A DNA stretch of 64,000 nucleotides from an uncultured Rhodobacteraceae bacterium (lineage in GTDB: Bacteria; Pseudomonadota; Alphaproteobacteria; Rhodobacterales; Rhodobacteraceae): positions 1,218-65,217 of the forward strand of contig CALJZN010000031.1 in NCBI GenBank assembly GCA_937983405.1, written 5' to 3'. Shown here one piece after another: positions 25,823 through 36,474 of the stretch. Each line of letters opens with the position of its first letter. Within the stretch, counting starts at the first letter, position 1. The notes beneath the pieces were generated by a model. That model had not been told where the DNA came from and did no database searches. It worked only from the letters and a program-made list of their open reading frames with translations. The translations under genes were made by a program, and so were the position numbers.

Positions 25823-27658
25823 ATGCCGCCAGCCGCCCCTTCCGCCGACCCCGTCGCCCTGGCCGAGCGGCGCAGTGGCTGGCGCACGATCCGCCGCGTC
25901 GCGCCCTACCTCTGGCCCGAGGGTCAGGGCTGGGTCAAACGCCGGGTTGTATGGGCGCTGGTGGCTCTGTTTGCCGCCAAGATCGTCTCGGTCGCCACCC
26001 CGTTCTTCTTCAAGGCGGCGGTGGACAGCCTGGGCGGTGCGGCCGAGGGGCCGGGCTGGTTCGTGGCGCTGGGGGCCATCGGGCTGACGGTGGCCTACGG
26101 CGTGGCGCGGCTGATGTCGGTGGGCTTCCAGCAGTGGCGCGACGTGATCTTCACCCGCGTCGGCCAGCGCGCGCTGCGGCGGCTGGCGCTGGAGACCTTC
26201 GAGCACATCCACCGGCTGTCGCTGCGCTACCACATCACGCGCCGGACGGGCGGGCTTTCGCGCGTCATCGAGCGGGGGGTGAAGGGCGTCGATTTCCTGC
26301 TGCGCTTCCTGCTGTTCTCGATCGGGCCGCTGGTGCTGGAACTGCTGATGATCGGGGTCGTGCTGTGGGTGGTCTTCGACATCTGGTATCTGGTGGTCGT
26401 GGCCGTCACCATCTGGCTATACACCTGGTTCACCTTCAAGGTGACCGAGTGGCGGGTGAAGATCCGCAAGGTGATGAACGACCAGGACACCGACGCCAAC
26501 CAGAAGGCGATCGATTCGCTGCTGAACTACGAGACGGTGAAGTATTTCGACGCCGAGCGGCGCGAGGCGGCGCGCTACGACCGGGCGATGGAAAAGTACG
26601 AGGCCGCCGCGGTCAAGACCAACAACTCGCTGGCGTTCCTGAACTTCGGGCAGGCGCTGATCATCACCGCGGGGCTGGTGGCGGTGATGGTCATGGCGGC
26701 GGTCGGCGTGCAGCAGGGCAGGCTGACGGTGGGCGATTTCGTGATGGTCAACGCCTACATGATCCAGATCACCCTGCCGCTGAACTTCCTCGGCACGGTC
26801 TATCGCGAGATCCGGCAGGCGCTGGTGGACATGGGCGAGATGTTCGACCTGCTCGAGCAGCCGCAGGAGGTGCGCGATGCGCCGGGTGCCCCGCCGCTGA
26901 GGGTGACGGCCGGCGAGGTGGCGTTCGACGACGTCCGGTTCGGCTACGACCCCGAGCGGCCGATTCTGAAGGGGGTCAGCCTGACGGTGCCGCCGGGGCG
27001 GAAGGTGGCGATCGTCGGCCCCTCGGGGGCGGGCAAGTCCACCATCGGGCGGCTCCTGTTCCGCTTCTACGACGTCACGGGCGGCGCCATCCGCATCGAC
27101 GGGCAGGACCTGCGGGCGGTGACGCAGCAGAGCATCCACGCCAGCATCGGCGTCGTGCCGCAGGATACCGTGCTGTTCAACGACACGATCTATTACAACA
27201 TCGCCTACGGCCGGCCCGACGCGACGCGCGAGGAGGTCGAGGCGGCGGCGCGGGCGGCGAAGATCCACGACTTCATCGTGGGTCTTCCCGAGGGCTATCA
27301 GGCGATGGTGGGCGAGCGCGGCCTGAAGCTGTCGGGGGGCGAGAAGCAGCGTGTGGGCATTGCCCGGACGCTGCTGAAGAACCCGCCGATCCTGCTGCTG
27401 GACGAGGCGACGAGCGCGCTGGACAGCCAGACCGAGCAGGACATCCAGGAGTCGCTGCGGGAGATGGGCGAGGGGCGCACCGTGATCGTGATCGCGCACC
27501 GGCTGTCCACCGTGGCCGATGCCGACGAGATCGTGGTGCTGGAGGACGGACGCATCGTCGAGCGCGGGCGGCACGAGGTGCTTCTGGCGCGCGGCGGTCG
27601 CTATGCGGCGATGTGGGCGCGGCAGTCGGCCGAGGACGACCGCGCCGCGGCCGAATAA
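25823..27658 (+). CDS. ABC transporter permease/ATP-binding fusion, ATM1/HMT1 (ABCB7-like) exporter family
   Basis: 611 aa. A 6-helix TMD, then an NBD with Walker A GPSGAGKST, signature LSGGEKQRVGIAR and Walker B ILLLDEATSALD. The N-terminal WRTIRRVAPYLWP.. is typical of Atm1-type proteins. Confidence 0.88.
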   Translation: MPPAAPSADPVALAERRSGWRTIRRVAPYLWPEGQGWVKRRVVWALVALFAAKIVSVATPFFFKAAVDSLGGAAEGPGWFVALGAIGLTVAYGVARLMSVGFQQWRDVIFTRVGQRALRRLALETFEHIHRLSLRYHITRRTGGLSRVIERGVKGVDFLLRFLLFSIGPLVLELLMIGVVLWVVFDIWYLVVVAVTIWLYTWFTFKVTEWRVKIRKVMNDQDTDANQKAIDSLLNYETVKYFDAERREAARYDRAMEKYEAAAVKTNNSLAFLNFGQALIITAGLVAVMVMAAVGVQQGRLTVGDFVMVNAYMIQITLPLNFLGTVYREIRQALVDMGEMFDLLEQPQEVRDAPGAPPLRVTAGEVAFDDVRFGYDPERPILKGVSLTVPPGRKVAIVGPSGAGKSTIGRLLFRFYDVTGGAIRIDGQDLRAVTQQSIHASIGVVPQDTVLFNDTIYYNIAYGRPDATREEVEAAARAAKIHDFIVGLPEGYQAMVGERGLKLSGGEKQRVGIARTLLKNPPILLLDEATSALDSQTEQDIQESLREMGEGRTVIVIAHRLSTVADADEIVVLEDGRIVERGRHEVLLARGGRYAAMWARQSAEDDRAAAE

Positions 27659-27880
27659 GCGTCGGCGCGCGCCGTTCAACCCTGCGCCGGCCCACCCTCG
27701 CCCTGCCGCGGGCGCGGCCGCGGGAGGCGGCGGCGCCCGGTGCCCTCGGGCCAGGGGCCCCGGGCCACCACCGCCGTGGGGCCCCGTTCTGGCCTGCGGG
27801 GGCGCGGGCGGCGCCTGCGGCTGGCCCGACGCCGGCCGCCGCCGGGCGCGGCCTCCGCCGTCCCTCGGGCTATCCCCCGC

Positions 27881-30800
27881 CTATTCGGCCGCCCGCAGCG
27901 GCAGGACAGGCGCGGGCGCGCGCTCGACCGGGGCCGCCGCGGGAAGCGCGTCGTCCCAGATGATCTCCGCGCCGCGGTGGCGCTGCGCGGCGCGGGCCAG
28001 CGCCGCATCGCGCGCCGCCCGGCTGCCGCGGCCGAGCGTCAGCCGGGCGAAGCCGCGGGCCGTGGCGTAGGCCCCGGTGCCCAGCCAGACCCGCAGGGCA
28101 AGAAGGGCGGGCGTGAGAACCAGCGTCAGCATCGTGGCGATCGCGAGGCCGAACACGACGGCGGTCGCGAGCTGCTTCCACCACAGCGCGGTCGGGCTGT
28201 CGATGGTGTAGCCGCCGTTGACGAAGTCGAGCGAGATGCCCAGCATCATCGGGGTCAGGCCCGCGATGGTGGTGATCGTGGTCAGGAACACGGGGCGGAT
28301 GCGGTCCTCGACGGTGCGGACGATGGCCTCGATCCGCGGCATGTAGCGGGAATATTCCTGGTAGGTGTCGATCAGCACGATGTTGTTGTTCACCACGATC
28401 CCGGCCAGCGCCATGATGCCCGTCCCGGTCATGATGATCGAGAAGGTCTGATCCATCACCAGCATTCCGATCAGCACCCCCGTCGTCGACAGCACCACGG
28501 CGAGCAGCACCAGGACGGCGTTGTAGAGGCTGTTGAACTGGGCGAGCAGGATGATGAACATCAGCCCCAGCGCGCCGGCGAAGGCCTTCATGAGGAAGGC
28601 GCCGGACTCCGCCTGTTCCTGCTGGTCGCCGGTCCACTCCCATGTCACGCCGGCGGGCAGGGGGTTTGCCTCGGTCAGCCAGGCCGAAAGCAGCCCGATC
28701 CGCTCGGCCGCGTTGATCGGGCGGCCGGCGTCGTTGGTCAGCCCCGGCAGGACGTCGGCGCGGATGTCGTAGTGCCGCGTCTGGTCGATGCGGTCGATCC
28801 GGGCCAGTTTGTGCACCGGCGTGCGGGTGATGAAGTTCGACATCGGCACCAGGCCGTCGCGCGTGCGCACCTTCAGGCTGTCGAGGGTCGAGAGCACGCG
28901 GTCCTCTTCGGGCAGGCGGACGCGGATCTCGATTTCGTCGTCCGAGCCGTCGGGCCGCATCCGGTCGAGCAGGATGCCCCGCGTCACCAGCTGGACCATG
29001 CCGCCGACGGTGGCGACATCGGCGCCGAAGCGGCCGGCGGTCTGCACATCGACGTCGATCTGCCAGTCGATGCCCGGAAGCGGCCGCGTGTCCTCGATCG
29101 CGGTGATGCCGGGCGTCGCCTCCATCTTGTCCACCACCGTGGCGACGGCCGCCGCCAGCGTGTCAAGATCCTCGCCCTTCAGCCGCAGGTGCAGGGGCTT
29201 CGAGGCGCCGGGGCCGCGGTTCTGGGCGAGGATTTCGGTCTGCACCCCCGGGATGGCATCGAGCCGCGCCTGCATGCGGTCGAGGATCGCCTTCCCGCCA
29301 AGGTCGGGCCGGTCCTTGCGCGTCTCCCACGGCGTGAGCTCGAACTGGATCTGGCCCACGGTATCGAGCGGCGCCTGCGCCCCGCCGGTGTTCGACTTCA
29401 GCCCGCCCGCGCCGGCGAAGGCGAAGACGCTCTCGACCCCCTCGGTCGTCAGCACCACGGCCTCGGCTTGGCGCAGCATCGCGTCCTTCTCGGCCAGCGA
29501 GAAGTTGCCGCGGGCGCGGACATAGACGATGCCCTGTTCGGGCTCGGTCTGAACGAAGAACTCCACGCCGCGATTGTTGGCGGCGAAGTAGGTGAAGGTG
29601 AAGCCGACGACGCCGATCACGGCCGCGATGGTCACGACCGGCATCACCGGGTTGCCGGCGATGGCGGCCGTGAGCCAGCCGAAAAGGCTGCGGCGATAGC
29701 CCGCGCGGATGCGCCGCGGCGCCAGCCGCACGGTCGCCGCGCCGAGCGTGATCGAGGTGAGCACGGCGCCGAGCAGGAACAGCGCGACCCCCGGCAGGAT
29801 CGACAGGTTGGGCGGCAGCGGCGAGGGGCCGCCGAACAGATAGCCATGGTTGAGGCTTTGCACCGCGCCGAGAAACACCAGCCACAGCGACGCGCCGGCA
29901 AGCGCCGCCCGCAGGATCCAGGGCAGCCGGCGGCGCAGCGCCTCGGCCGCGTCACCAAACAGGCGCGAGATCCGCCCCGTGACCCCGCCCAGCACCGGCA
30001 GGTAGATGAGCGCGACGATGATCGAGGCGATCAGCACGAAGATCAGCGTGCGCGGCAGCATCCCCATGAACTCGCCCGGGAGGCCGGGCCAGAACAGAAG
30101 CGGCAGGAAGGCGCAGAGCGTGGTCGCGGTGGACGACACAATGGGCCAGAACATCCGCTTGGCCGCCTCGACATAGGCGCGCATCGGCCCCTGGCCCTCG
30201 GCAATGCGGCGGTCGGCATATTCGACCACCACGATCGCGCCGTCCACCAGCATCCCCACGGCAAGGATCAGCCCGAACATCACGATGTTCGAAATGGTCA
30301 CGCCCAGCACGGCGAAGAGCGCGAAGGTCAGCAGGAAAGAGGTCGGGATCGCGAAGCCCACGAGCAGCGCCGAGCGCGTGCCGAGCGCCCCCAGAACCAC
30401 GATCATCACCAGCGCGATGGCGGTGAGGACCGAGCCCTCGAGCTGGGTCACCATGCCCGCGACCTGCGACGACTGGTCGAGCGCGGTCGAGACCGTGATC
30501 GCGTCGCGCAAGTCCTGCGGCCAGGCGGCCTCGGCCTCGGCCACCGTGCGGCGGACGAGCTCGGCGGTGTCGATCAGGTTGAAGCCCTTGCGCTTGACGA
30601 CCTGCAGCGCCACCGTGGTCTCGCCGTTGAAGCGGGCGGTGCCGCGGCGGTCCTCGAATGTCAGGCGGATGTCGGCGATGTCGCCCAGCGTCACGACGCT
30701 GTCGCCGTTGACCTTCACGGGCAGGCCGAACACGTCGGCCGGGCTTTTGAACGAGGCCGGAATCTTCACCGCGAAGGCCCCGGTGTCGGACTGGACCTCG

Positions 30801-31447
30801 CCCGCCGCGATCAGGCGGTTGTTGTTGACCACCACGTTGATGAGGTCCGCGGCGGTGACGTCGTAGGCCTCGAGCCGCAGCGGGTCGATCACCACCTCGA
30901 GCAGCTCGTCGCGCTGGCCGGCAAGGCCGGCCTCCATCACCGGCTCGAGCGCCTCGAGGCGGTCCTGCAACTCCTTCGCGACACGCAGCAGGGTGCGTTC
31001 GGGCACCGCGCCCGACAGGGCGACGATGATGATCGGAAACTCGGAGAAGTTGATCTCGTTGATCGAATACTTGTCGGCGCCGGCCGGAAACTTGGCCTCG
31101 GCCTTGCCCATCTTGTCGCGGACATCGGCCAGCACCTGGACCTTGTCCCAGCCGAACTCGAACTCGAGCGCGACGCCGGCATACCCTTCGGAGGCCGTGC
31201 CGGTCATCTTCTTCAGACCTTCGAGACCGGCGAACTCGGTCTCCATCACCCGGACGAGCAACCGCTCGCTGTCGGCCGCCGAGATGCCGGGGAAGGGCAC
31301 CGAAACGAACAGCGCCGGGATCTCGATGTCGGGCTCACCCTCTTTGGGCAGGCCGACATAGGCCATCCCGCCGGCTGCCAGAGACAGCACGATGAAGGCA
31401 AGGATCATCCGTGCCCGCGCCGCCGCCCAGTCGATCAGTCCGGTCAT
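27881..31447 (-). CDS. RND efflux transporter permease (AcrB/AcrD/AcrF family), with an Ala/Arg-rich C-terminal extension
   Basis: 1188 aa with the 12-TM/2-loop RND layout. Motifs include MTGLIDWAAARARMILAFIVL.., GLILAVGMLVDGAIVVVE, VLSTTGVLIGM...IMALAGIVVNNNIVLID. Confidence 0.93.
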   Translation of the reverse strand: MTGLIDWAAARARMILAFIVLSLAAGGMAYVGLPKEGEPDIEIPALFVSVPFPGISAADSERLLVRVMETEFAGLEGLKKMTGTASEGYAGVALEFEFGWDKVQVLADVRDKMGKAEAKFPAGADKYSINEINFSEFPIIIVALSGAVPERTLLRVAKELQDRLEALEPVMEAGLAGQRDELLEVVIDPLRLEAYDVTAADLINVVVNNNRLIAAGEVQSDTGAFAVKIPASFKSPADVFGLPVKVNGDSVVTLGDIADIRLTFEDRRGTARFNGETTVALQVVKRKGFNLIDTAELVRRTVAEAEAAWPQDLRDAITVSTALDQSSQVAGMVTQLEGSVLTAIALVMIVVLGALGTRSALLVGFAIPTSFLLTFALFAVLGVTISNIVMFGLILAVGMLVDGAIVVVEYADRRIAEGQGPMRAYVEAAKRMFWPIVSSTATTLCAFLPLLFWPGLPGEFMGMLPRTLIFVLIASIIVALIYLPVLGGVTGRISRLFGDAAEALRRRLPWILRAALAGASLWLVFLGAVQSLNHGYLFGGPSPLPPNLSILPGVALFLLGAVLTSITLGAATVRLAPRRIRAGYRRSLFGWLTAAIAGNPVMPVVTIAAVIGVVGFTFTYFAANNRGVEFFVQTEPEQGIVYVRARGNFSLAEKDAMLRQAEAVVLTTEGVESVFAFAGAGGLKSNTGGAQAPLDTVGQIQFELTPWETRKDRPDLGGKAILDRMQARLDAIPGVQTEILAQNRGPGASKPLHLRLKGEDLDTLAAAVATVVDKMEATPGITAIEDTRPLPGIDWQIDVDVQTAGRFGADVATVGGMVQLVTRGILLDRMRPDGSDDEIEIRVRLPEEDRVLSTLDSLKVRTRDGLVPMSNFITRTPVHKLARIDRIDQTRHYDIRADVLPGLTNDAGRPINAAERIGLLSAWLTEANPLPAGVTWEWTGDQQEQAESGAFLMKAFAGALGLMFIILLAQFNSLYNAVLVLLAVVLSTTGVLIGMLVMDQTFSIIMTGTGIMALAGIVVNNNIVLIDTYQEYSRYMPRIEAIVRTVEDRIRPVFLTTITTIAGLTPMMLGISLDFVNGGYTIDSPTALWWKQLATAVVFGLAIATMLTLVLTPALLALRVWLGTGAYATARGFARLTLGRGSRAARDAALARAAQRHRGAEIIWDDALPAAAPVERAPAPVLPLRAAE

Positions 31448-32649
31448 TGCACGCCCTCGCGCTGCGTCACGGCCAGCGCCGTGCCGTCGGTGACATATTC
31501 CTGGCCGATCACGATGACCTCGGCACTGTCCGGAAGGCCGGCAAGCCAGACCCCCTGCACCGTGTCACGCACGACCTGAACCGGGTGAAAGCGGGCGACG
31601 GGGGGCTCGACGCTGCGGTCCACGAGGCGCAGACCGAGACGGCCGCGATCGTCAAGGGTCATCGCCGAGGCGGGCAGCAGATGCGCGCTCGTCCCCGACG
31701 CGGCGATGAGGATCTCGGCCGTCTGACCGTCGCGGATGGCCAGCCCGGGGTTGGGCACCTCGACCTCGACGCGGAAGGTGCGGGTGCGGTCGTCGGCCGA
31801 GCGCGCGATGAACGTGACCTCACCCACAACCTCGCGCCCCGTGACCAGGCGCGCGCCCGCGATCGCGCCGATGCGCACGCGGTCGACTTCGGCCTCGGGG
31901 ACGAAGCCCACGAGGCGGATCGGATCGAGTTGCACGACCGTGGCGCACAGGCCACCCGGCTGCAGCAGGGTGCCGGTTTCAGCGGCATCGGTTTCGAGCA
32001 CGCCGGCGAAGGGGGCCGTGATGCGCAGACGCTCGATCTCCCGGCGCGCAGCCTCGACCCCCGCCTCGGCGCTTTGCAGCGCAGCGCGGGCGGCTGCGGC
32101 GCGCGTCTCGGAGGCAAAGCCGCCCTGCGAGAGCTGCTCGGCGGCGCGGAAGTTCAGCCGCGCTTCGGCCAGACGTGCCTCGGCCTCGGCCAGCGTGGCC
32201 AGGCGTGTGCCGGGCGCAAGCTCGCACAGAAGTGTGCCGGCCGCGACGAAGCTGCCCTTGCGGACCGGGTCGGACACGACAAGGCCCGAGGTCTCGGACC
32301 GCACATCGACCTGGCGCGTCGCCTCGGTCCGGCCGCGCAGCAGGACGCCGCTGTCGATGCTCTGGGCCTGCGAGCGGACCGCCACGACGGCGACCGTCCG
32401 TTCGGAAGCGGGCCTTGAGCGCTGCGCAACGGTGGCCGGCGGCGGGGCGACGGACGGCGGCGGGGCGACGGACGGCTGCGGGGCGGGGGCGGCCGCGTCG
32501 TCCGCAGGCGACGAGATCGCCGCGACGGCCATGCGCGCGACCGGGCCCTCGGGTGCGTTGACGGTCGCCATCAGCGCGGGCCGCTCGAGCACAAAAAGAT
32601 AGAGGGCACCGGCAACAAGAAGTGCCGTGAGAAGGGAAAAGATCCGCAT
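31444..32649 (-). CDS. RND efflux periplasmic adaptor (membrane fusion protein)
   Basis: The stop overlaps the RND start by 4 nt. It has a coiled-coil hairpin (LAEAEARLAEARLNFRAAEQL...AALQSAEAGVEAARREIERLRITAPFAGV) and a beta-barrel C-terminal part. ATG 32649 (MRIFSLLTALLVAGAL) is preferred over ATG 32709. Confidence 0.88.
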   Translation of the reverse strand: MRIFSLLTALLVAGALYLFVLERPALMATVNAPEGPVARMAVAAISSPADDAAAPAPQPSVAPPPSVAPPPATVAQRSRPASERTVAVVAVRSQAQSIDSGVLLRGRTEATRQVDVRSETSGLVVSDPVRKGSFVAAGTLLCELAPGTRLATLAEAEARLAEARLNFRAAEQLSQGGFASETRAAAARAALQSAEAGVEAARREIERLRITAPFAGVLETDAAETGTLLQPGGLCATVVQLDPIRLVGFVPEAEVDRVRIGAIAGARLVTGREVVGEVTFIARSADDRTRTFRVEVEVPNPGLAIRDGQTAEILIAASGTSAHLLPASAMTLDDRGRLGLRLVDRSVEPPVARFHPVQVVRDTVQGVWLAGLPDSAEVIVIGQEYVTDGTALAVTQREGVQ

Positions 32650-32885
32650 GACCACCTCGACCTGCGCACACGGGCGGGACGCCTGGACGACGTCCACCCG
32701 GCCTTTCACCTTCTACGCTGAACTTCTCGGTTCAGATTAGGTCCGGGCAGACACTTGTTCAAGTCCGTCTGCCCCGCCGCGTCGGCGCCGGCGGTCGCCG
32801 GCCGCGACCCCGGGCGCGCCGGGGCTGCGGGCTTGGCAAGCCCGGCGGCTTCCCCTAAGACGAGGCGAGCGACCGAGGAGGCGGT

Positions 32886-33542
32886 TTGGTGAGCACTCCG
32901 GACAGTTTCATCGCCGAGGTGACCGAGGAGGTCCGCCGCGACCGACTGTTCGCGCTGTTCCGCCGCTATGGCTGGATCGCGGGTCTGGTGATCGTTCTCG
33001 TGGTCGGCGGCGCGGCCTGGAACGAATGGCGCAAGGCGCGCGACCGCGCCGCGGCCGAGGCGTTCGGTGATGCGCTGCTCGGGGCCCTTGCCGCCGACGG
33101 GCGCGGGGCGCGCGCCGCGGCGCTGGCCCGGATCGAGGCGACCGGCGGGCGCGGGGCCGTGCTTGGCCTGATCGCGGCGGCCGAGGCGGTCGGGGAGCAG
33201 GACCGTGCGGCGGCCATGGCCGGATTGGCGCGGATTGCGGCCGACCCCGCCGTGCCCGAAAGTTACCGTCAGCTTGCGACCCTGAAGCGTGTCCTGCTGG
33301 CCGGAGCGGAGATGCCCGCGCCAGACCGCGAACAGGCGCTTGCCCCGCTGCTGCAGCCCGGTGCAGCCTTTCGCCCGCTGGCGCTTGAGCAGGTGGCGCT
33401 GCTGCGGATCGAGGCCGGCGAGACGGCGGCGGCGACGGCGATCCTGACCGACCTGCTGAACGAGGCCGATGTCACCACGGCGATGCGCAGGCGGGTCAAC
33501 CAGTTGCTGGTGGCGCTCGGCGCGTCGCAGCGTGCGGGCTGA
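32886..33542 (+). CDS. YfgM-like membrane-anchored TPR protein
   Basis: 218 aa. N-terminal FIAEVTEEVRRDRLFALFRRYGWIAGLVIVLVVGGAAW followed by a helical repeat domain. It sits in the conserved yfgM-bamB-der gene order. Confidence 0.6.
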   Translation: MVSTPDSFIAEVTEEVRRDRLFALFRRYGWIAGLVIVLVVGGAAWNEWRKARDRAAAEAFGDALLGALAADGRGARAAALARIEATGGRGAVLGLIAAAEAVGEQDRAAAMAGLARIAADPAVPESYRQLATLKRVLLAGAEMPAPDREQALAPLLQPGAAFRPLALEQVALLRIEAGETAAATAILTDLLNEADVTTAMRRRVNQLLVALGASQRAG

Positions 33543-33593
33543 GGCGGGCGCATGGGGGCTTCCGGGGGCACGTCGCGACGGGGCGCAGCGCGG

Positions 33594-34907
33594 ATGCGCC
33601 TTGTGCTGGGCGCCCTCGCGATGCTTGTCGCGGCGGCCTGTCAGGAGCGGCAGCGCCCGCTCGAGGGCCCGCGCTTCGGCTTGCGCGCGTCGCTGGAGGG
33701 AGAGCCGGCCGCCGAGGCACCGCAGGCCGCGCCGCGCGCCGTGCCGATCGTGTTGCCGCCGGCCGTGACCCATGCCGCCTGGACGCACCGCAACGGCGGC
33801 GTGCAGCACCGGATCGACCATCCGGCCCTGTCCGCCGCGCCGGCGCTGGCCTGGGTGGCCAACATCGGCCAGGGCGAGACGCGGCGCCTGCGGATCACCG
33901 CCGATCCGGTGGCGGCGGAGGGCCGCATCTTCACCCTCGACGCGCGCGCCCGGGTCAGCGCCGTCTCGCCGTCTGGGCAGGTGCTGTGGACGCGCGACCT
34001 GACGCCCGAGGGGCAGCGCGACGAGGCATCGGGTGGCGGGCTGGCGCTGGGGGCGGGGCGGCTGTTCGTGACCACCGCCTACGGCCGGCTCGTGGCGCTG
34101 GACCCGGCGACGGGGGCCGAGCTGTGGACCCAGCGCTTCGACGCCCCGGTGACCGGGGCGCCGACGGTGGACGGCACCCTCGTCTATGTCGTCGCGGCCG
34201 ACAGTTCGGCCTGGGCGGTCGAGGTCGAGCACGGGCGGGTGCAGTGGCAGCTGCCCGGCACCCCCTCGGTCGCGGCGATGGTGGGCGGGCCGGGGCCGGC
34301 CGTCACCGAGCGGCTGGTGCTGTTCCCCTTCCCCTCGGGCGAGGTCGTGGCGGCGCTCAAGCGCGGCGGCGTGCGGCTGTGGTCGGCCACGATCGCGGGC
34401 CAGCGGCGCGGGCAGGCCTACGCCGGCGTCATCGACATCACCGGCGATCCGGTGGTGGTGGGCGACACCGTCTATGTCGGCAACCAGAGCGGCCGGCTCG
34501 TGGCGCTGAACCTCGCCGACGGCACCCGGCGCTGGACGGCGACCGAAGGCGCCTACAGTCCGGTCTGGCCGGTCGGCGGGTCGCTGTTCCTCGTCTCGGA
34601 TGCGGGCGCGCTGGTGCGCATCGACGCGGCGACGGGCGAGACGGTCTGGTCGGTGCCGCTGCCCCATTTCGTGACCGAGCGCGAGCGGCGCCGCGCCGCG
34701 GTCCATACCCATTACGGGCCGGTGCTGGCGGGCGGGCGGCTGATCGTGCCGTCGAACGACGGGCGGATGCGGCTGTTCGATCCGGTCTCGGGGGCCGAGC
34801 TGGGGGCGGTGGCCATTCCCGGCGGCGGGGCGGCGACCAACCCGATCGTGGTGAACGGCACCCTGTATCTTGTGACGGTATCGGGCCAGCTGGCCGCCTT
34901 CCGCTGA
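33594..34907 (+). CDS. bamB: Outer-membrane assembly lipoprotein BamB (PQQ-like beta-propeller)
   Basis: ATG 33594 gives the lipoprotein signal [16 protein letters not shown]. Repeated propeller blades follow (GRIFTLD.., [61 protein letters not shown]). It lies upstream of der. Confidence 0.8.
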   Translation: MRLVLGALAMLVAAACQERQRPLEGPRFGLRASLEGEPAAEAPQAAPRAVPIVLPPAVTHAAWTHRNGGVQHRIDHPALSAAPALAWVANIGQGETRRLRITADPVAAEGRIFTLDARARVSAVSPSGQVLWTRDLTPEGQRDEASGGGLALGAGRLFVTTAYGRLVALDPATGAELWTQRFDAPVTGAPTVDGTLVYVVAADSSAWAVEVEHGRVQWQLPGTPSVAAMVGGPGPAVTERLVLFPFPSGEVVAALKRGGVRLWSATIAGQRRGQAYAGVIDITGDPVVVGDTVYVGNQSGRLVALNLADGTRRWTATEGAYSPVWPVGGSLFLVSDAGALVRIDAATGETVWSVPLPHFVTERERRRAAVHTHYGPVLAGGRLIVPSNDGRMRLFDPVSGAELGAVAIPGGGAATNPIVVNGTLYLVTVSGQLAAFR

Positions 34908-34968
34908 GGCCGCGGCAGGCGGCGCGCGGGCCGGGCGCGGGCCGCGCGGCTGCGGAGACGGGGACGAC

Positions 34969-36447
34969 ATGAGCTTTACCCTCGCCATTGTCGGGCGGCC
35001 GAACGTGGGCAAGTCCACGCTCTTCAACCGGCTCGTCGGCCGGCGGCTGGCGCTGGTGGACGACCAGCCCGGCGTGACGCGCGACCTGCGCGAGGCCGAG
35101 GCGCGGCTGGGCGACCTGCGCTTCACCGCGATCGACACCGCCGGGCTCGAGGATGCGACCGACGACAGCCTGCCGGGGCGGATGCGCCGGCTGACCGAGC
35201 GCGCGGTGGCCATGGCCGATGTCTGCCTGTTCGTCATCGACGCCCGGGCGGGGATCACCGCGGCCGACGAGGTGCTGGCCGAGCTTCTGCGGCGGAAGGC
35301 CGCGCATGTCATCGTCGCGGCGAACAAGGCCGATGGGCGGGCGGGCGAGGAGGGGTTTCTCGAGGCCTACCGGCTGGGCCTGGGCGAGCCCTTGCGGCTT
35401 TCGGCCGAGCACGGCGAGGGGATGGAGGACCTCTATCGCGCGCTGCTGCCGCACGCCGCGGCGGCGGCCGCCGCCGATGCCGCGGCGGCGGCCGAGGCGC
35501 CGGAGGTCGATGTGGACCTCGGGCCGGACGGCGGCGATGCCCCGGCCGCCCATGCCCCGAGCGCCGCGCGGCCGCTGCAGGTCGCCGTGATCGGCCGGCC
35601 GAACGCGGGAAAATCGACGCTGGTCAACCGCATCCTCGGCGAGGAGCGGCTGCTGACCGGCCCCGAGGCGGGGATCACGCGGGATGCGATCTCGGTCGAG
35701 ACGCGCTGGGGCGGGGTGCCCATGCGCATCTTCGACACCGCCGGCATGCGCCGGCGGGCGAAGGTGGTCGAGAAGCTCGAGAAGCTGTCGGTCGCCGACG
35801 GGCTGCGGGCGGTCCGCTTCGCCGAGGTCGTGGTGCTGCTGCTCGACGCGCAGGCGCCGTTCGAGACGCAGGATCTGCGCCTGGCCGACCTTGCCGAGAC
35901 CGAGGGGCGGGCCGTGGTGATCGCCGTCAACAAGTGGGACCTCGAGCCGGACCGCGCGAGGCGGCTGGCGGAGCTGCGCGAGATGCTCGACCGGCTGCTG
36001 CCGCAGCTGCGGGGGGTGCCGCTGGTCACGCTCTCGGCGCTGACGGGGCAGGGGATCGAACGGCTGCAGGCGGCGGTGCTGCGGGCGCATGAGGTCTGGA
36101 ACCGCCGGGTGCCGACGGCGCGGCTGAACGCCTGGCTCGAGGGGATGCTGGCCGCGCATCCGCCCCCGGCCCCGGGGGGGCGGCGGATCCGGCTGCGCTA
36201 CATGACGCAGGCCAAGACCCGGCCGCCCGGCTTCGTGATCATGGCCAGCCAGGCCGAGAAGCTGCCGGAGGCCTATCTGCGCTATCTCGTGCACGGGCTG
36301 CGCGAGGCGTTCGATCTGCCCGGCACGCCGATCCGCATGTTCCTGCGCAGCCAGGCCGCGAAGAACCCGTTCAAGGACCGCCGCGCCGCCCAGCCCTCGC
36401 GGCTGCGCAAGCATCTCGACAAGCCGGGCGGCGCGCCGCGGGGCTAG
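34969..36447 (+). CDS. der: Ribosome-biogenesis GTPase Der (EngA), double GTPase domain
   Basis: 492 aa. G1 motifs GRPNVGKST and [13 protein letters not shown] twice, NKAD and NKWD, and a KH-like C-terminus with [17 protein letters not shown]. Confidence 0.95.
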   Translation: MSFTLAIVGRPNVGKSTLFNRLVGRRLALVDDQPGVTRDLREAEARLGDLRFTAIDTAGLEDATDDSLPGRMRRLTERAVAMADVCLFVIDARAGITAADEVLAELLRRKAAHVIVAANKADGRAGEEGFLEAYRLGLGEPLRLSAEHGEGMEDLYRALLPHAAAAAAADAAAAAEAPEVDVDLGPDGGDAPAAHAPSAARPLQVAVIGRPNAGKSTLVNRILGEERLLTGPEAGITRDAISVETRWGGVPMRIFDTAGMRRRAKVVEKLEKLSVADGLRAVRFAEVVVLLLDAQAPFETQDLRLADLAETEGRAVVIAVNKWDLEPDRARRLAELREMLDRLLPQLRGVPLVTLSALTGQGIERLQAAVLRAHEVWNRRVPTARLNAWLEGMLAAHPPPAPGGRRIRLRYMTQAKTRPPGFVIMASQAEKLPEAYLRYLVHGLREAFDLPGTPIRMFLRSQAAKNPFKDRRAAQPSRLRKHLDKPGGAPRG

Positions 36448-36474
36448 GGCCGACCGCCGGTCCGGGCCCCGGCG

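Noticed and set aside
27740-31579. 1279-aa plus-strand ORF across the RND pump locus
   Set aside because: It is antisense to a textbook AcrB-family gene, and its product is dominated by R/G/D/H low complexity.
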